A stretch of DNA of 64,000 nucleotides from Picochlorum sp. SENEW3 (GCA_034226945.1 CP120457.1:62001-126000), one strand, 5' to 3'; shown: positions 35,660 to 46,807, numbered from the stretch's first letter. Notes: generated by a model not told the origin, from the letters alone. Numbers and translations are program-made.

Positions 35660-36481
35660 TTACAATTTATTCGGGTGCAACTGCGCCATGACACGACTCG
35701 TAAACCTTTCAACGAATCTACCATATTCTACAGGATGCTCTGCATAATGCCGACAGTGCCCACTCACAGCCCATGACACACTGTCGACCGCATGTCCTCT
35801 GTTCAGCTTGCCTACAATCAGCCCATACAACTTCTCAGCATCACATAACGGATCATCCTCGCTATATAGATAACATATCGGACAAGAATCCAAGTCTTCC
35901 ATCATCTTCCAATACCTAGCCCCGCGCTTCCCATCCAAAAGGCGAGCAATCACCCCCAAACACTGTTGCCCCATTCTGGCACTCCATCGACGAATCCCAG
36001 GCACAGGAAACACCTCTTCAATCACTCGACTCGCCACCTGCGGTGTCATATACCCTGGAGCACTATCAAATAGTATACCGACAATGTTCGACCTCAAAAA
36101 CCCATAGTTCTCAGGGTACCGTTCCATCAGCTCAAACAACTGCTCCACCACAAACCCCCCTCCATTGGAAAATGCACACACAAGAACGGGTACCCTCCCC
36201 TCTGGTCCGCCCACGGCCTCTTCCAACTCCTTGATAACCATATCCTTCACCCATCTAGTCCTAGGCCACGCCACAGGGGAAAAAATATACTCCACAGGCA
36301 AACTCTTGCTCAGACACACCACATCACATCCAGCGCTGGCGTTGTCTTTCCTCTCCCCTTTCCCAGCATGTCGAATAATGCATTGACGAATCAAATCTTC
36401 ATACTTTTTCAAATGCTTTGGGTGTGATCCAGCCCATCCACACAACACAACGACACATTTGTCGTCTCGCAAGACCACCAT
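35660..36481 (-). CDS. DUF829/TMEM53-like alpha/beta-hydrolase fold protein
   Basis: GWAGS.PKHLKKY, FSNGG, ILFDSAPG, YLYSEDD, SGHCRHY..HP.EY. Confidence 0.85.
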   Translation of the reverse strand: MVVLRDDKCVVVLCGWAGSHPKHLKKYEDLIRQCIIRHAGKGERKDNASAGCDVVCLSKSLPVEYIFSPVAWPRTRWVKDMVIKELEEAVGGPEGRVPVLVCAFSNGGGFVVEQLFELMERYPENYGFLRSNIVGILFDSAPGYMTPQVASRVIEEVFPVPGIRRWSARMGQQCLGVIARLLDGKRGARYWKMMEDLDSCPICYLYSEDDPLCDAEKLYGLIVGKLNRGHAVDSVSWAVSGHCRHYAEHPVEYGRFVERFTSRVMAQLHPNKL

Positions 36482-36888
36482 GGTGTTTGGGAATGACCGA
36501 TTGCGATACGGGAAGAAACGATTCTACATCTCTTCAAATTAAAAAGTTCATGCACATGTGCGGAACCATGCAGATCCAACTGAATCAAAAGTAGATTGCA
36601 TGGTGCATGAAGTCTTCATGACGGTCCATGTGTCCCTTTGCACCACAGTGCTGATGGGACCATGGCATCTTCAGGTTCCCTAGAAGCGCGATATGTCGCA
36701 GTATCATCCGCATATTCACAATTACTGCTATTATTGTTCATATAAGATACTTTTCATCGAGTATACTGTGTCAATGGAGAGACAGGCAGTGGCAAAACGT
36801 ATAGCGCAGTTGAAGGGCAGGGCCGTTGCGGTTGGGTTGGGTTGGACGAATATTCACTAGCCTAGGGTGGTACTTTGTATACGAAAGT

Positions 36889-38835
36889 ATGTTTTTTAGA
36901 GGAGGTGGAGAAGGGAGGTCGCTCGAGGAAGGGATACACCGCGGTGACCACGCTGCATATGTGCCAGATCACTCCACCATGGACTCTGGGTGGGCACCCC
37001 AACCCAGAGCCCTCTCTATTCGAAGGCTGGCGACAAATCTCCCGACCAGAAGAAAAAGGAGGGGATCGAAGGATCACGAGGTGGAAAATCAGAGTATGCC
37101 GAAGAGCAAATGGCAGCTGGTCCCATGGACTGCGGTTGTTGGAGTAATCATGATGATCATCGGTCTGCTGATGTTTGTGATAAGCGGTAGTTTTGGGCAT
37201 CACTATTCTCGTATGATATTTAATGGGCTGCAGTCGTCGTTTTCGTCGAAGAAATTGTTCAGTGCTTTATTCATTGCCGCTCAGGTTGTGTCTGGAGTTT
37301 TTGTTATTCTGTCCATAGTTTCCATCTACGTACTCTTCAAGCAGGAGATGAAGATGGAGTGGAGGAGGTTGGGGATGGTAAAAGGGTCGGATAATATGCA
37401 TGAAATTCCTGGCCTTCGAGGGTGGACATCCAAGAGGATGTTGCAATTCATCATAGGGTTATCTTTTGTTTTCACCTTGGCGGCTTCCTGGTTCCTGGTT
37501 ACGATTGTCGGTGCATCAACGTTGGTTATCGTGTATAACGAGTTGGAGGTCTCAACATCTCCGTATAACATAACAGAGTCATATCCCGACGCGGCATTGG
37601 ATGCTGGTGTGATAGAGAGAGAGGTTGATGCACTCATTGTTGAGTTTCAGAATACGCTGAATGCTTCTCAGTTCAATCTCGAGGAGGTAGAGAGGATCTT
37701 GTGCCCAGCAATATCATGCGTTGATTTTTCTTCTATATCATATGTTGCGACAGACGAATGTGTTTGTGATCCAGCGACCTTGGAGTCGGTGAGCAATTGG
37801 GCACATGAGGCCAAATCATGTTATATTGCAGCACTAGTTGCTGCATGCTTGATGTTTCTGTCCGCATCAGCCCTTGGATTACGATGCATGATTGCTGGAG
37901 CAACAATACGGGTGAGGTTGCAGCATTGGGAGTATATGCAACCTGTTTTAGTCGCATCAGAAGGCCGACCAATTGATCAGCGCCATGAGAGGACACGGAG
38001 TCAGTCGAGTGATCTCGGAGGCCTTCGGCCTCAAAAGCCCAAGTTTGTTCAGACGCCCGAAGGAGTTTTTGTAGGCGACGGTGGACTGGATGTTGAGAAG
38101 ATGCATGTGGATTTTGAACGCTTGTTCCCTACAACCGAGCAAGAGGATATCATTGAGCACATGCCTATTGAGAAGGGCAGGGCCAGGGCGTACATTGATG
38201 ATGGTGTTGATTATGACATTGAGCGTGGATTGGATGATGATGAGGATACTGTTGGGAGTGATCCTGTTGTCGAGTATGAATCCAGACATTCGGGCTATAG
38301 TAAGATGCAAAGTAGTACGATGAGTGCGTCTGTGTCCATGAATAACATAGGGGACATTGTGTCTGAAGGTACATCTTCATCCATTGCCCGAGTTCCTGGA
38401 CAAGTTGACTTTCAATTTGATCATCATATACAAGAGGACTCACTCAAAGGTGACGGTTCTAGAAATAATGTGCGGCTTTTGAATATGGAAAAAAGTGTGA
38501 TGGACGGAACAACGAAGAGAGAGGCATCGTTGTACCAAAGCAGGCGCGGTGATGTGATGAATGACATGGTGGTGTCCAAGGCACTGTTCACGTCCAAGGA
38601 GGATATGGCAAAGAAGAAGAACAACACGAGGCGAACAATCGTACATGCATATGAATCCAATGCGTCTCCGCTGAAGACGATAGTGCACAGTTGGAAAAAT
38701 TCTGTGACCTCAATACAAGGGTTGACAGAGGAAATAGATGACACGTCTGATGGAACCAATAGCACAGGAAAGTCCAATCATTACAACCCTTTCCTTCGTT
38801 GGGAGAAGGGCGGCTCAGATAGTTCCGAAGATTGA
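36889..38835 (+). CDS. Uncharacterized four-TM protein with a Cys-rich loop and long disordered C-tail
   Basis: Long ORF; four hydrophobic segments; loop CPAISCVDF...ECVC. First ATG at ~36889. Confidence 0.6.
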   Translation: MFFRGGGEGRSLEEGIHRGDHAAYVPDHSTMDSGWAPQPRALSIRRLATNLPTRRKRRGSKDHEVENQSMPKSKWQLVPWTAVVGVIMMIIGLLMFVISGSFGHHYSRMIFNGLQSSFSSKKLFSALFIAAQVVSGVFVILSIVSIYVLFKQEMKMEWRRLGMVKGSDNMHEIPGLRGWTSKRMLQFIIGLSFVFTLAASWFLVTIVGASTLVIVYNELEVSTSPYNITESYPDAALDAGVIEREVDALIVEFQNTLNASQFNLEEVERILCPAISCVDFSSISYVATDECVCDPATLESVSNWAHEAKSCYIAALVAACLMFLSASALGLRCMIAGATIRVRLQHWEYMQPVLVASEGRPIDQRHERTRSQSSDLGGLRPQKPKFVQTPEGVFVGDGGLDVEKMHVDFERLFPTTEQEDIIEHMPIEKGRARAYIDDGVDYDIERGLDDDEDTVGSDPVVEYESRHSGYSKMQSSTMSASVSMNNIGDIVSEGTSSSIARVPGQVDFQFDHHIQEDSLKGDGSRNNVRLLNMEKSVMDGTTKREASLYQSRRGDVMNDMVVSKALFTSKEDMAKKKNNTRRTIVHAYESNASPLKTIVHSWKNSVTSIQGLTEEIDDTSDGTNSTGKSNHYNPFLRWEKGGSDSSED

Positions 38836-38890
38836 CTCTTTTTGTATTATGATACTATTGCTGAAAGAGAAATAAATACAGTAAAAATTA

Positions 38891-41236
38891 TCACAATTCG
38901 TCATGATTCATTTCCTCCTCAAAATCTGCTCCTGCATCCTCCTCGTCTGCATACTCATCATCTTCTTCCTCCTCCTCCTCCTCTGCATATTCTGTTTCCA
39001 AAACCTCTGATGCTTCCACACCCGCATCTTCGTACTTCTCATCATCACTATGTCCGCTGTCATCAGGGTCCACCAGGGCACCATCATCCTGTAAACTCGA
39101 ATTAACTGCAAGTTGGTCTGATTCACAGAGATCAGGTATATACACCTCTATTGTATACAAGCATCTCGTCCCTTCATCAGTCGTCATGTGAAGGTGTGAA
39201 TCTGGAGAGCACATGAAATATACAACGGATTTTCTATGAGATGGTCTGCCAGCATCGAATGCTTCATCATATTCATCTTCAACTGTGCACTCATTCCCAT
39301 CAGTGTATTCTTGTACAACGGCAGGTATCTCCCTTGATTCATATAATGCAGATTTTCGTTGTACAATGTCCCACTGAGGAGCAGATTTCAAATCTCCAAG
39401 GCTAATGACCCATTGTGGCTTGCCTTGTGGGGCCTCAACATGGTACTGTTGGATCGAGATCCCATAACACAACTGATAATTCCAGTATCCTTGGAACGAA
39501 TAAATGCACCTATCATTCAGAACCTCCCACAGTAAAGTTTGTGGGTCTTTAGAATCTGGGTCGAGATGCGGTGGCTTCACCAGGTCGGGGTAGCTTTTTG
39601 AGTCTGATGGCAATGCAACAACTGCCTTTGCATGTGCTGACACCATACTGATTTCAGTTCCTCTGCTGGATTCCTCCTCCTTGTTTGACAAAGCAGAGGG
39701 TGTGAACATTTTGATACTTATTGGACCAATAACACGCTGTATTTGCTCGGAGACACTGGCGAGAGAACTCGAATGATTCTTCAGAGTAGCTCCGAGAGAC
39801 TCTTTGAGATTCACATCATCTGATACAACAGCATGGGGGCATCCTTGTATCATATTCGAGGTCAATATCTCCATATATGCATCCTCTAACATCTGAGCAT
39901 TCTTTGATGATAAATCAATAGGCAGCGCCTCCAACTCGGTCTTCTCGCACACCCCACAAGACAGCCTGCATTGTCCGGTTTTTGCTGTGCCCACCATGTA
40001 TTTTGGGTTGGCACTACATTCTCCTTTCCTGGCCCAATAGTCGCATAACGGGTGATAATTGACGCACACTCTGTTTAGTCTAGGGGGTATATTTCTATCA
40101 TGATCATGATCATCATCTGCTGCAAAGTCTGAATCGGAGCCCATTCCGCTAAAATCAATGGCACGGGCCGCCACCCTGGCATATGATCTTTGTGCTCCCA
40201 GTAGCGCATTGCGCCAATTCTCGTTCCGCAAAACCTGAGAACACGATGCTTTAATCGTATCGACCTCCATTTGAAGTAAATGCTGCGAATGTCGCGTCAA
40301 CATCACCAAATAATATTCCTGCTCCTGCTCTGATTTCTTGAGAGTCCCCTGAGGATTTGAGAATTCTCGTTTCAAGGAGTTTTTCAAAGCTCTGGGTTCT
40401 ACGTGCACAACGTCAGCAATTTTCTCCACGTGCGCATCCAAAGACTCATTCAAAGTCAATATTGTACTAATCTGGTGAAGAGTATCTTCGTCAAGCCCAT
40501 CCAACAGCCCTCCAAACGAATCACTCAGAGAGGAACTCTCCCGAACAATCACAATCTGCATGAGCGTATTATCCTTCAGAACCGCCACAGGGACCTCTAC
40601 TTTGCACACATCTGCCCCAATATCCATCAGCTCTTTGTCGGTGATTTCTCTACCGCTCAGGAGCGTCCAATTCCCTAAAATTGGCCAAAGAATGGTGTTC
40701 AATGCTTGCTGCACATCACAATCAACCAAATCCGACACGAGCTTCCCATCATTCAAAATCGTATCCAACACAAGTCCTATATCCTGATTCTGACCCACAA
40801 CACCCATCCGAATATCGACCACAGGGTTGCTCTCCGTCACCTCGTGGTCTTTTTCTTTTCCAGCAGCAGCATCCTCAGGGGATCTTCCATCCCTCAACAG
40901 AAACTCCACCACATCATCATACCCCCCTCCCAGCATCGTACTCTCAAATGACCCACCCTCAAGAGACTGTACATAATCTACAAGGTACTGAGAACGCCCG
41001 TCTCCGGTCTCTTGCTGTGACGCACTCTCTTGAAAAGGTTTGGAAAACAGCATTGCTCTATAAGGAAACTCGAGAGTATATTCCGACCAACGGCTCTTTG
41101 TCCACAACAACTCATCATAAAATCTCCCTTTCTCTCCTCGAACTGGCTGAAAGACGCACAGCAAGAGGACGTGTAACCACAGCACTGCAGTCAAGCTCAT
41201 CCTCCTCTCCTCTCTCGAGAAGCGAGTCATCACCAT
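38891..41236 (-). CDS. ER luminal OS-9-like lectin (MRH/PRKCSH domain) with ShK domain and HDEL
   Basis: Signal peptide; ShK CVNYHPLCDYWARKGECSANPKYM...CRLSCGVC; MRH CIYSFQGYWNYQLCYG..IQQYH, YTDGNEC, RCLYTIEVYIPDLC; acidic tail; terminal HDEL. Confidence 0.85.
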   Translation of the reverse strand: MVMTRFSREERRMSLTAVLWLHVLLLCVFQPVRGEKGRFYDELLWTKSRWSEYTLEFPYRAMLFSKPFQESASQQETGDGRSQYLVDYVQSLEGGSFESTMLGGGYDDVVEFLLRDGRSPEDAAAGKEKDHEVTESNPVVDIRMGVVGQNQDIGLVLDTILNDGKLVSDLVDCDVQQALNTILWPILGNWTLLSGREITDKELMDIGADVCKVEVPVAVLKDNTLMQIVIVRESSSLSDSFGGLLDGLDEDTLHQISTILTLNESLDAHVEKIADVVHVEPRALKNSLKREFSNPQGTLKKSEQEQEYYLVMLTRHSQHLLQMEVDTIKASCSQVLRNENWRNALLGAQRSYARVAARAIDFSGMGSDSDFAADDDHDHDRNIPPRLNRVCVNYHPLCDYWARKGECSANPKYMVGTAKTGQCRLSCGVCEKTELEALPIDLSSKNAQMLEDAYMEILTSNMIQGCPHAVVSDDVNLKESLGATLKNHSSSLASVSEQIQRVIGPISIKMFTPSALSNKEEESSRGTEISMVSAHAKAVVALPSDSKSYPDLVKPPHLDPDSKDPQTLLWEVLNDRCIYSFQGYWNYQLCYGISIQQYHVEAPQGKPQWVISLGDLKSAPQWDIVQRKSALYESREIPAVVQEYTDGNECTVEDEYDEAFDAGRPSHRKSVVYFMCSPDSHLHMTTDEGTRCLYTIEVYIPDLCESDQLAVNSSLQDDGALVDPDDSGHSDDEKYEDAGVEASEVLETEYAEEEEEEEDDEYADEEDAGADFEEEMNHDEL

Positions 41237-41491
41237 CCTCTGCTATTACAATATCAAAAAGTAAATCCTCAAACCATGTGAGGAATGAATCCATCCATCC
41301 TAGTGTCATATCAGCATGCTCGATTTTTTCAATAGTCCGTACTTAAACATATAAAAATTGTGTCATCATCAGACACTCATTTTCGATGTACCTACTCGTA
41401 TTCTTTAAAACAAAATCGATTCCATAAAAAAAAGGAAAGGAAAGGAAAACGACGTCGCATTAGCGAGACTCCGCCTGCTTTGGGTGGTTGA

Positions 41492-42250
41492 ATGAAGCAC
41501 TCGTTTTCTTCAAAACATAGAAAAATGTTACAACCTCAGAATCCAGTGAACGGAAGGCTCAGAGACGTACCATTCTTGGTTTTAGTAGTACTTGTTTTGG
41601 TTTTATCCATTGCGTTGCTGTATAGTGGGAGTCAGGCAGGTCAAGGTGAAGGGAAGCAGCCTTCTTCCCAAGGTGACGCCCGGGTGCGAGTGGATTTCTA
41701 TGGGGAATCGCTTTGCCCTGACTGTAGACATATGGTATTAGATGTACTCAAGCCTATGATGGAGGATGGGTTTGGGGATGTGATGGACCTGAGGTACATT
41801 GCGTATGGAAAGGTGCAAAAGTCTGTAGGAGGAGAGCTGCACTGCCAGCATGGGGAATTGGAATGCTTGTATAATAGATACATCAATTGTGCGCAAGAGG
41901 AAGGCGATCTATCGAAATGGATGGGTTATGTAGAATGTTTGGCACAGGACCTGGGCAAGCTTCGAAAGGGTACTGGGGTGAATGAATGCGCATCATCTCA
42001 TGGGCTGTCGGCAGATGCCCTACAAAAGTGTGCAGAGGGCGACAAGGGGGCTGCGTTGGAGGCTAATGCTGGAAAGGAAACGACATCTTTGAATCCAAAG
42101 TTGAATTTTGTCCCGTGGATTGTGGTGAATGGGGCCCCTATTGGTGCAGACTTTGAAAATCTGGATAGATATGTGTGTGTGGCATTAGAGTCAGAGGATG
42201 CCAGACCCAACGCATGTAGCTCATTGCCGAGGGGACTTGGGCATCAGTAA
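41492..42250 (+). CDS. GILT-like thiol reductase
   Basis: Signal anchor; FYGESLCPDC; CQHGELECLYN; FVPWIVVNG. Confidence 0.9.
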   Translation: MKHSFSSKHRKMLQPQNPVNGRLRDVPFLVLVVLVLVLSIALLYSGSQAGQGEGKQPSSQGDARVRVDFYGESLCPDCRHMVLDVLKPMMEDGFGDVMDLRYIAYGKVQKSVGGELHCQHGELECLYNRYINCAQEEGDLSKWMGYVECLAQDLGKLRKGTGVNECASSHGLSADALQKCAEGDKGAALEANAGKETTSLNPKLNFVPWIVVNGAPIGADFENLDRYVCVALESEDARPNACSSLPRGLGHQ

Positions 42251-42287
42251 TATGCTGTTATCTAGTAAAGAATATAGATAGTTTTTA

Positions 42288-43253
42288 TTATAGAGAGGGG
42301 TTTTGTCCGAGGGATATCTCCATCTCGTCCGCATCATACGAAGATGCATGTGTCTCATCAAAGATGGCCATGTACTCATTGCATTGCTGTATGCTTTTGA
42401 AGAGAAACGCGACCGCCACACATGTGCCCAGGAAAGCTCCAGCTATAATATCACTTTCATGGTGTTTATGATCCATCACGCGAGATACTGCCACTCCCCA
42501 TGCCCAGCCAATCTGACACAGGATCCAGAGAAACACAAGTTGTCTTCCACATCGGTAGATGAGAGACCTCTTCCTGTGCTGTCCCCATCGGCATACCAAG
42601 ATCCATGCACAATAGCCACTCACAAATATACCTAGACCAAAGGCGGTACTCGCATGACCCGACGGAAAGCTCTTCATCCCGTCATTCATCTTGCTCTCTG
42701 ACAAATCAGATGTGCAGGCAGGATTGTCCTCAGCACTCAGACCAAACCCAGATATACTGACAGGGTTGTCAATCTCTGGTTGACACCGACTAAGCCAATC
42801 TGGTCTATACCGACCAACCAAATTCTTGGTGACCTCTGTGATTAACCCAGTCACCACGCCAGCACCCACAAAGTCTAGGAAGAATATTATACACACCCCA
42901 ATCGCTTGTGTGACCCCAGAACTCTTCAGCCTGGCCAAAGAGTACTCCAGGATAAAGAAACTTAGTAATAAAGAGAACAGGGGTACCAAAATGGCGACAT
43001 AATACGGAATCGTACTGTCGACTTGGTATGAGAAGCTAATTGTTGCATCGTAAGTCACGAAAGAGGCTGTGCTAGGGTTTACAGTGATTCCGACAATAAT
43101 CAGAACAATAATCTCAGCTACCAAGACTATTATAGAGTATATATCCTGTACATTGTCTCAGCATTCAAACACATTAGTATTATTGAAGGAAGAAAGAACG
43201 CGGTTCAAGTCAACGCGTACCAGAGATTCTTTAAGAACAGAATACGACAACAT
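42288..43253 (-). CDS. Lipid phosphate phosphatase (PAP2 family)
   Basis: KNLVGRYRPD, SFPSGH, SRVMDHKHHESD motifs. First exon 43221..43253 (MLSYSVLKESL) splices in frame via intron 43146..43220. Confidence 0.88.
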
Positions 43254-46200
43254 CACTCTTTACAGGTATACTTTTTAAATATAGTTTCAATCGCTCGCAG
43301 CTCAGAGTATACTTCATTCGTATCAGGTCGATCTTCTTTCCTCTGGGACCAACATGCCTTCATCAGGTTGATGTACAGTTCCAAGGCTCCGGAGGAACTA
43401 AAGTTTTCACTATCACGCTCATCACCAGGCAAGGATGTTGGGATTTTGGGTCGATTGCCACCGTTGATCAGATTGTAGCACATTTCTATGGTCTGGGTTC
43501 GGAATGGAGGCTGGAAGGTCAGGAGTTCAAACAGCAGCATTCCGAATCCATACACATCGCTTGCTGGTGAAAACTCCACATCGGTCGAGTCTTGAAGAAT
43601 TTCTGGTGCCAACCATCGTGGGTTGGTGGGAGCTGCCAGGTATGGCTGGGATGTGGAGTCTCTGGCGGCCCTGGTGAAGCCGAAATCTCCCACATATGCA
43701 GTCCATCTTTCATCAACAAAGCAGTTGGCTGCCTTCAAATCTCTGTGTATGACTGGCACGTCTTGATTGTGCATACACATCATGCCTTTGTTAATGTCTT
43801 TGGCAAGCTTGATCCTCCTAGACCAGCACAATTGTTTTGCTGCATCCCTGTTTCTTGAGGCTTTCTGCAGGATGGTGACCAAGGATCCACGGTCGTAAAA
43901 TGCAGAAACAATTGCTGGTCCTTCATCCAATTCAGTGTATCCTCTAACACTCTGAATGTTATCATGTCGCAGGCGACTCATGACCACGAGTTCGTCGATG
44001 AAGGCTTGTCTGCTCTGATCAAACTTTTCTGGTGAGGGATTATTCCTCACGCTGTTTTGCCTATTCTCCTGTTTCAAAATTTTAACTGCTACTCTATTCC
44101 CATGGAGCATACCCAAGAAAACGATACCAAACGATCCTTCTCCTAATTTGTGATTTTTATAAATCGTAAGGTGTTTGGGTTGAATGTACAGCGATCCGTG
44201 CTCTGCGTCAGATGATGACCTGGTAGGGCGCTGCTCAATGGGGGGCTGCTGTATGGGTTCTTTTCTACGTGCACTGCCCTGAGAATTGAGAATCCGTTGT
44301 TGGGTTGTCTGATCCAGTGCAATCTGGCCGAATGGACTGACGATATCTCCATTAGTTGGTGCACGGACGGCGCGAATTTTTCTAGAACCTGCTTCAACCA
44401 CATTTGAGTGCTCACGCAGAGGAGGATCTGGAGCTTGCGTTTGGACTGGGGATGTCATCAACGACATGGAGTCCGACTCCTCATCTAATTCCACAAAACT
44501 CTGTTGAGATTCAATATCTGATCCATGGTCCATGTCTATCAGATCAGGAGCATTGAGGCTGGTGGGATAGACCAATCGATTCCCACTGGCCTCAGCCACC
44601 TGCTCTGGGGTCTCACCCAGATTGTTCAATTCAGACAGACTCGCCCCATGTTGGAGAAGAAGGGTGACAATGGCTCTGCTATTTGTTGGAGAACCCCAGA
44701 GTGCAACTAAATGAAGCGGAGTATTTCCTCCGTATCTTTGCCTCTCATTCGGATCTGCACCAGCTTCGAGCAGAGCCTTGACAGCATCATATTGAAGTTC
44801 GCACACAGCCTCATGAAGGGGTGAATTGCCCTTCTCATTCACTACAGAGGTTGATAAGTAGCACTCGTCCAAAATCAACTTGACAATATCCACCCATCCT
44901 TCACGAGAGGCGATATGAAGGGGGGTGTCTCCATCTGATGTCGTGTCATAGACCAAGTTGAGGTCATGATTGAGCAAGATGCGGACACATTGCAGTTTAC
45001 CTGCTTTGCACGCAATGTGGATACATTGTTCCCCCACATCATTCACCTCCCCTACCGGAACATAACCTTGGATTAACCACTTGAGAATATCCGCATGACC
45101 ACCTCGAGCAGCCACGTGGACAGCACTCAATCCAGCAAAATCTTTGACATGGGCAACATCAACACCTGCCTGCTGAATCTGCTGGACTGCTTCCTGGACA
45201 CCCAACAAACTCCCACTCTCTACAGCCCTGAACAACAAGCATTCTGTTATCAAGTTGAAAATTGATCTGTCGTATTGTCGCGCAATTGAGAGCGGGGTTC
45301 GCTGGCGATCGTCTAGAGCAAGTGGGTTTCCACCACATTCCAAAAGATGCCTCATCACCATTTGGTTGGAACCTGAGGCTGCCCAGTGCAGAGGTGTTTT
45401 ACCCCTATCATCTTTTGCATTTGCATTTGATCCCCGTAGAAGCAATATATATATCAAATGCTCGTGCGATTTGATTGCTGCATGATGCAATGCTGTCAAG
45501 CCGCCAGAATCTCTCGAGGTCAACACTGTCACCTCTGGTCGCAATGACATATTATACTCTGCCTGAATCATTTTATAGATAACCTCCTCCCTTCCATATC
45601 TGGCAGCCAAATGAACTGGTGCGAAACCTGCCGAATTCTTGGTCTCCACAGCAACACGGTAGGCATCAGGGGATGACTGCAACAGACATTCAACAATTGC
45701 ATCATGCCCTCCTGCTGCGGCAAGATGCAATGGGGTATCCCCACCATCATTCTGTTGACACGACACATCTTCAATGTCAAATGCAGATGAATCGATCAAG
45801 CTTTTGATCACAGAAAGATGCCCCTTTCGTGCAGCAAGGTGAGCTGGAGAGTCTCCATAGGCATCCAAACAGGACAAAGACTTTTCCGAGCTGTACCGCA
45901 GCGCCAACTCCACCGAATCCTCTATTCCAGAATGTGCAGCAGATAAAAGCATGGCATCACCCAGATACTTGGCCACCTTTGCATTCCCAGAATGAGAGGC
46001 AGTCTGCGCCGCAGTCTCACCAGACGTGTTCTGTACCATGGCAGTTTCAGGAGACATCGCTACAAGCTTGCGCACAATATCCAAATCCTCATCACTGCAC
46101 CGTGCAGCTGTATGTATCGGAAGATCTCCAAACCCGTCAGCATATTGCAGGCTATCCTTGTGCGTTTCAAGTATCTTGTCAACATACTCCCACATGCTAT

Positions 46201-46807
46201 TCTGTATCATCACATTCAGCGGCGTGCACTGATGAGCCCCAAGGAGCGATAAATCAATCCCATCAAAATCTAGTAACCTGTCCAAAATTCGTCCGCGCTC
46301 CCGAGTCGGCTCAGATGCAAATAATATGACAGCAAGGTGAATAGGAGCATCCCCTTCCAGATCCTTAATATTCACATTGACACTCTTCACATTCAATAAA
46401 CTGGCACAGCAATCATAAGATCCAGAACGAACAGCCAAATGAAGGGCGGTAAAGCCCCTCCCATCCACTGCATTGATGAACTGACAGCGTCTCTCAACCA
46501 ACCCAGTAATCAATTGCTCCATAATCACCAATAATCCATTCTCAGCCGCAACATGCAACGGCGTTTTCCCTTCTTCATCCACGACCTCCAGCGATATCTC
46601 AGTCGCAATCAATCGATCCAGTTCGATGTATGCGTCATTCGGATGATCAATACCCATTCGAACAGCCCGGTGCACTTCCAGCCCATCCCCCACCTGTCCC
46701 ACATCCCCAAACAATTGGCTATTCCCCTCATACTCGGATATAAAAATATTTTCACCCTGATCTCCTACTGTTTGAGAAGGTTTTGAACTACAGAATATAC
46801 ATATCAC
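43253..46807 (-). CDS. Ankyrin-repeat tyrosine-kinase-like protein kinase (5' exon not resolved)
   Basis: Many G-x-T-P-L-H-x-A repeats; kinase LGEGSFG, VAVK, HRDLKAAN, DFG, TNPRWLAPE, SDVYGFG. Probable acceptor near 46788 and true start further upstream (~46.9 kb). Confidence 0.88.
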   Translation of the reverse strand: MICIFCSSKPSQTVGDQGENIFISEYEGNSQLFGDVGQVGDGLEVHRAVRMGIDHPNDAYIELDRLIATEISLEVVDEEGKTPLHVAAENGLLVIMEQLITGLVERRCQFINAVDGRGFTALHLAVRSGSYDCCASLLNVKSVNVNIKDLEGDAPIHLAVILFASEPTRERGRILDRLLDFDGIDLSLLGAHQCTPLNVMIQNSMWEYVDKILETHKDSLQYADGFGDLPIHTAARCSDEDLDIVRKLVAMSPETAMVQNTSGETAAQTASHSGNAKVAKYLGDAMLLSAAHSGIEDSVELALRYSSEKSLSCLDAYGDSPAHLAARKGHLSVIKSLIDSSAFDIEDVSCQQNDGGDTPLHLAAAGGHDAIVECLLQSSPDAYRVAVETKNSAGFAPVHLAARYGREEVIYKMIQAEYNMSLRPEVTVLTSRDSGGLTALHHAAIKSHEHLIYILLLRGSNANAKDDRGKTPLHWAASGSNQMVMRHLLECGGNPLALDDRQRTPLSIARQYDRSIFNLITECLLFRAVESGSLLGVQEAVQQIQQAGVDVAHVKDFAGLSAVHVAARGGHADILKWLIQGYVPVGEVNDVGEQCIHIACKAGKLQCVRILLNHDLNLVYDTTSDGDTPLHIASREGWVDIVKLILDECYLSTSVVNEKGNSPLHEAVCELQYDAVKALLEAGADPNERQRYGGNTPLHLVALWGSPTNSRAIVTLLLQHGASLSELNNLGETPEQVAEASGNRLVYPTSLNAPDLIDMDHGSDIESQQSFVELDEESDSMSLMTSPVQTQAPDPPLREHSNVVEAGSRKIRAVRAPTNGDIVSPFGQIALDQTTQQRILNSQGSARRKEPIQQPPIEQRPTRSSSDAEHGSLYIQPKHLTIYKNHKLGEGSFGIVFLGMLHGNRVAVKILKQENRQNSVRNNPSPEKFDQSRQAFIDELVVMSRLRHDNIQSVRGYTELDEGPAIVSAFYDRGSLVTILQKASRNRDAAKQLCWSRRIKLAKDINKGMMCMHNQDVPVIHRDLKAANCFVDERWTAYVGDFGFTRAARDSTSQPYLAAPTNPRWLAPEILQDSTDVEFSPASDVYGFGMLLFELLTFQPPFRTQTIEMCYNLINGGNRPKIPTSLPGDERDSENFSSSGALELYINLMKACWSQRKEDRPDTNEVYSELRAIETIFKKYTCKE

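Noticed and set aside
36547..36611. Nested imperfect inverted repeats rich in CATG
   Set aside because: Stems are 8-9 bp and partly mutually exclusive. No target-site duplication or second copy in the window to support a MITE or miRNA.
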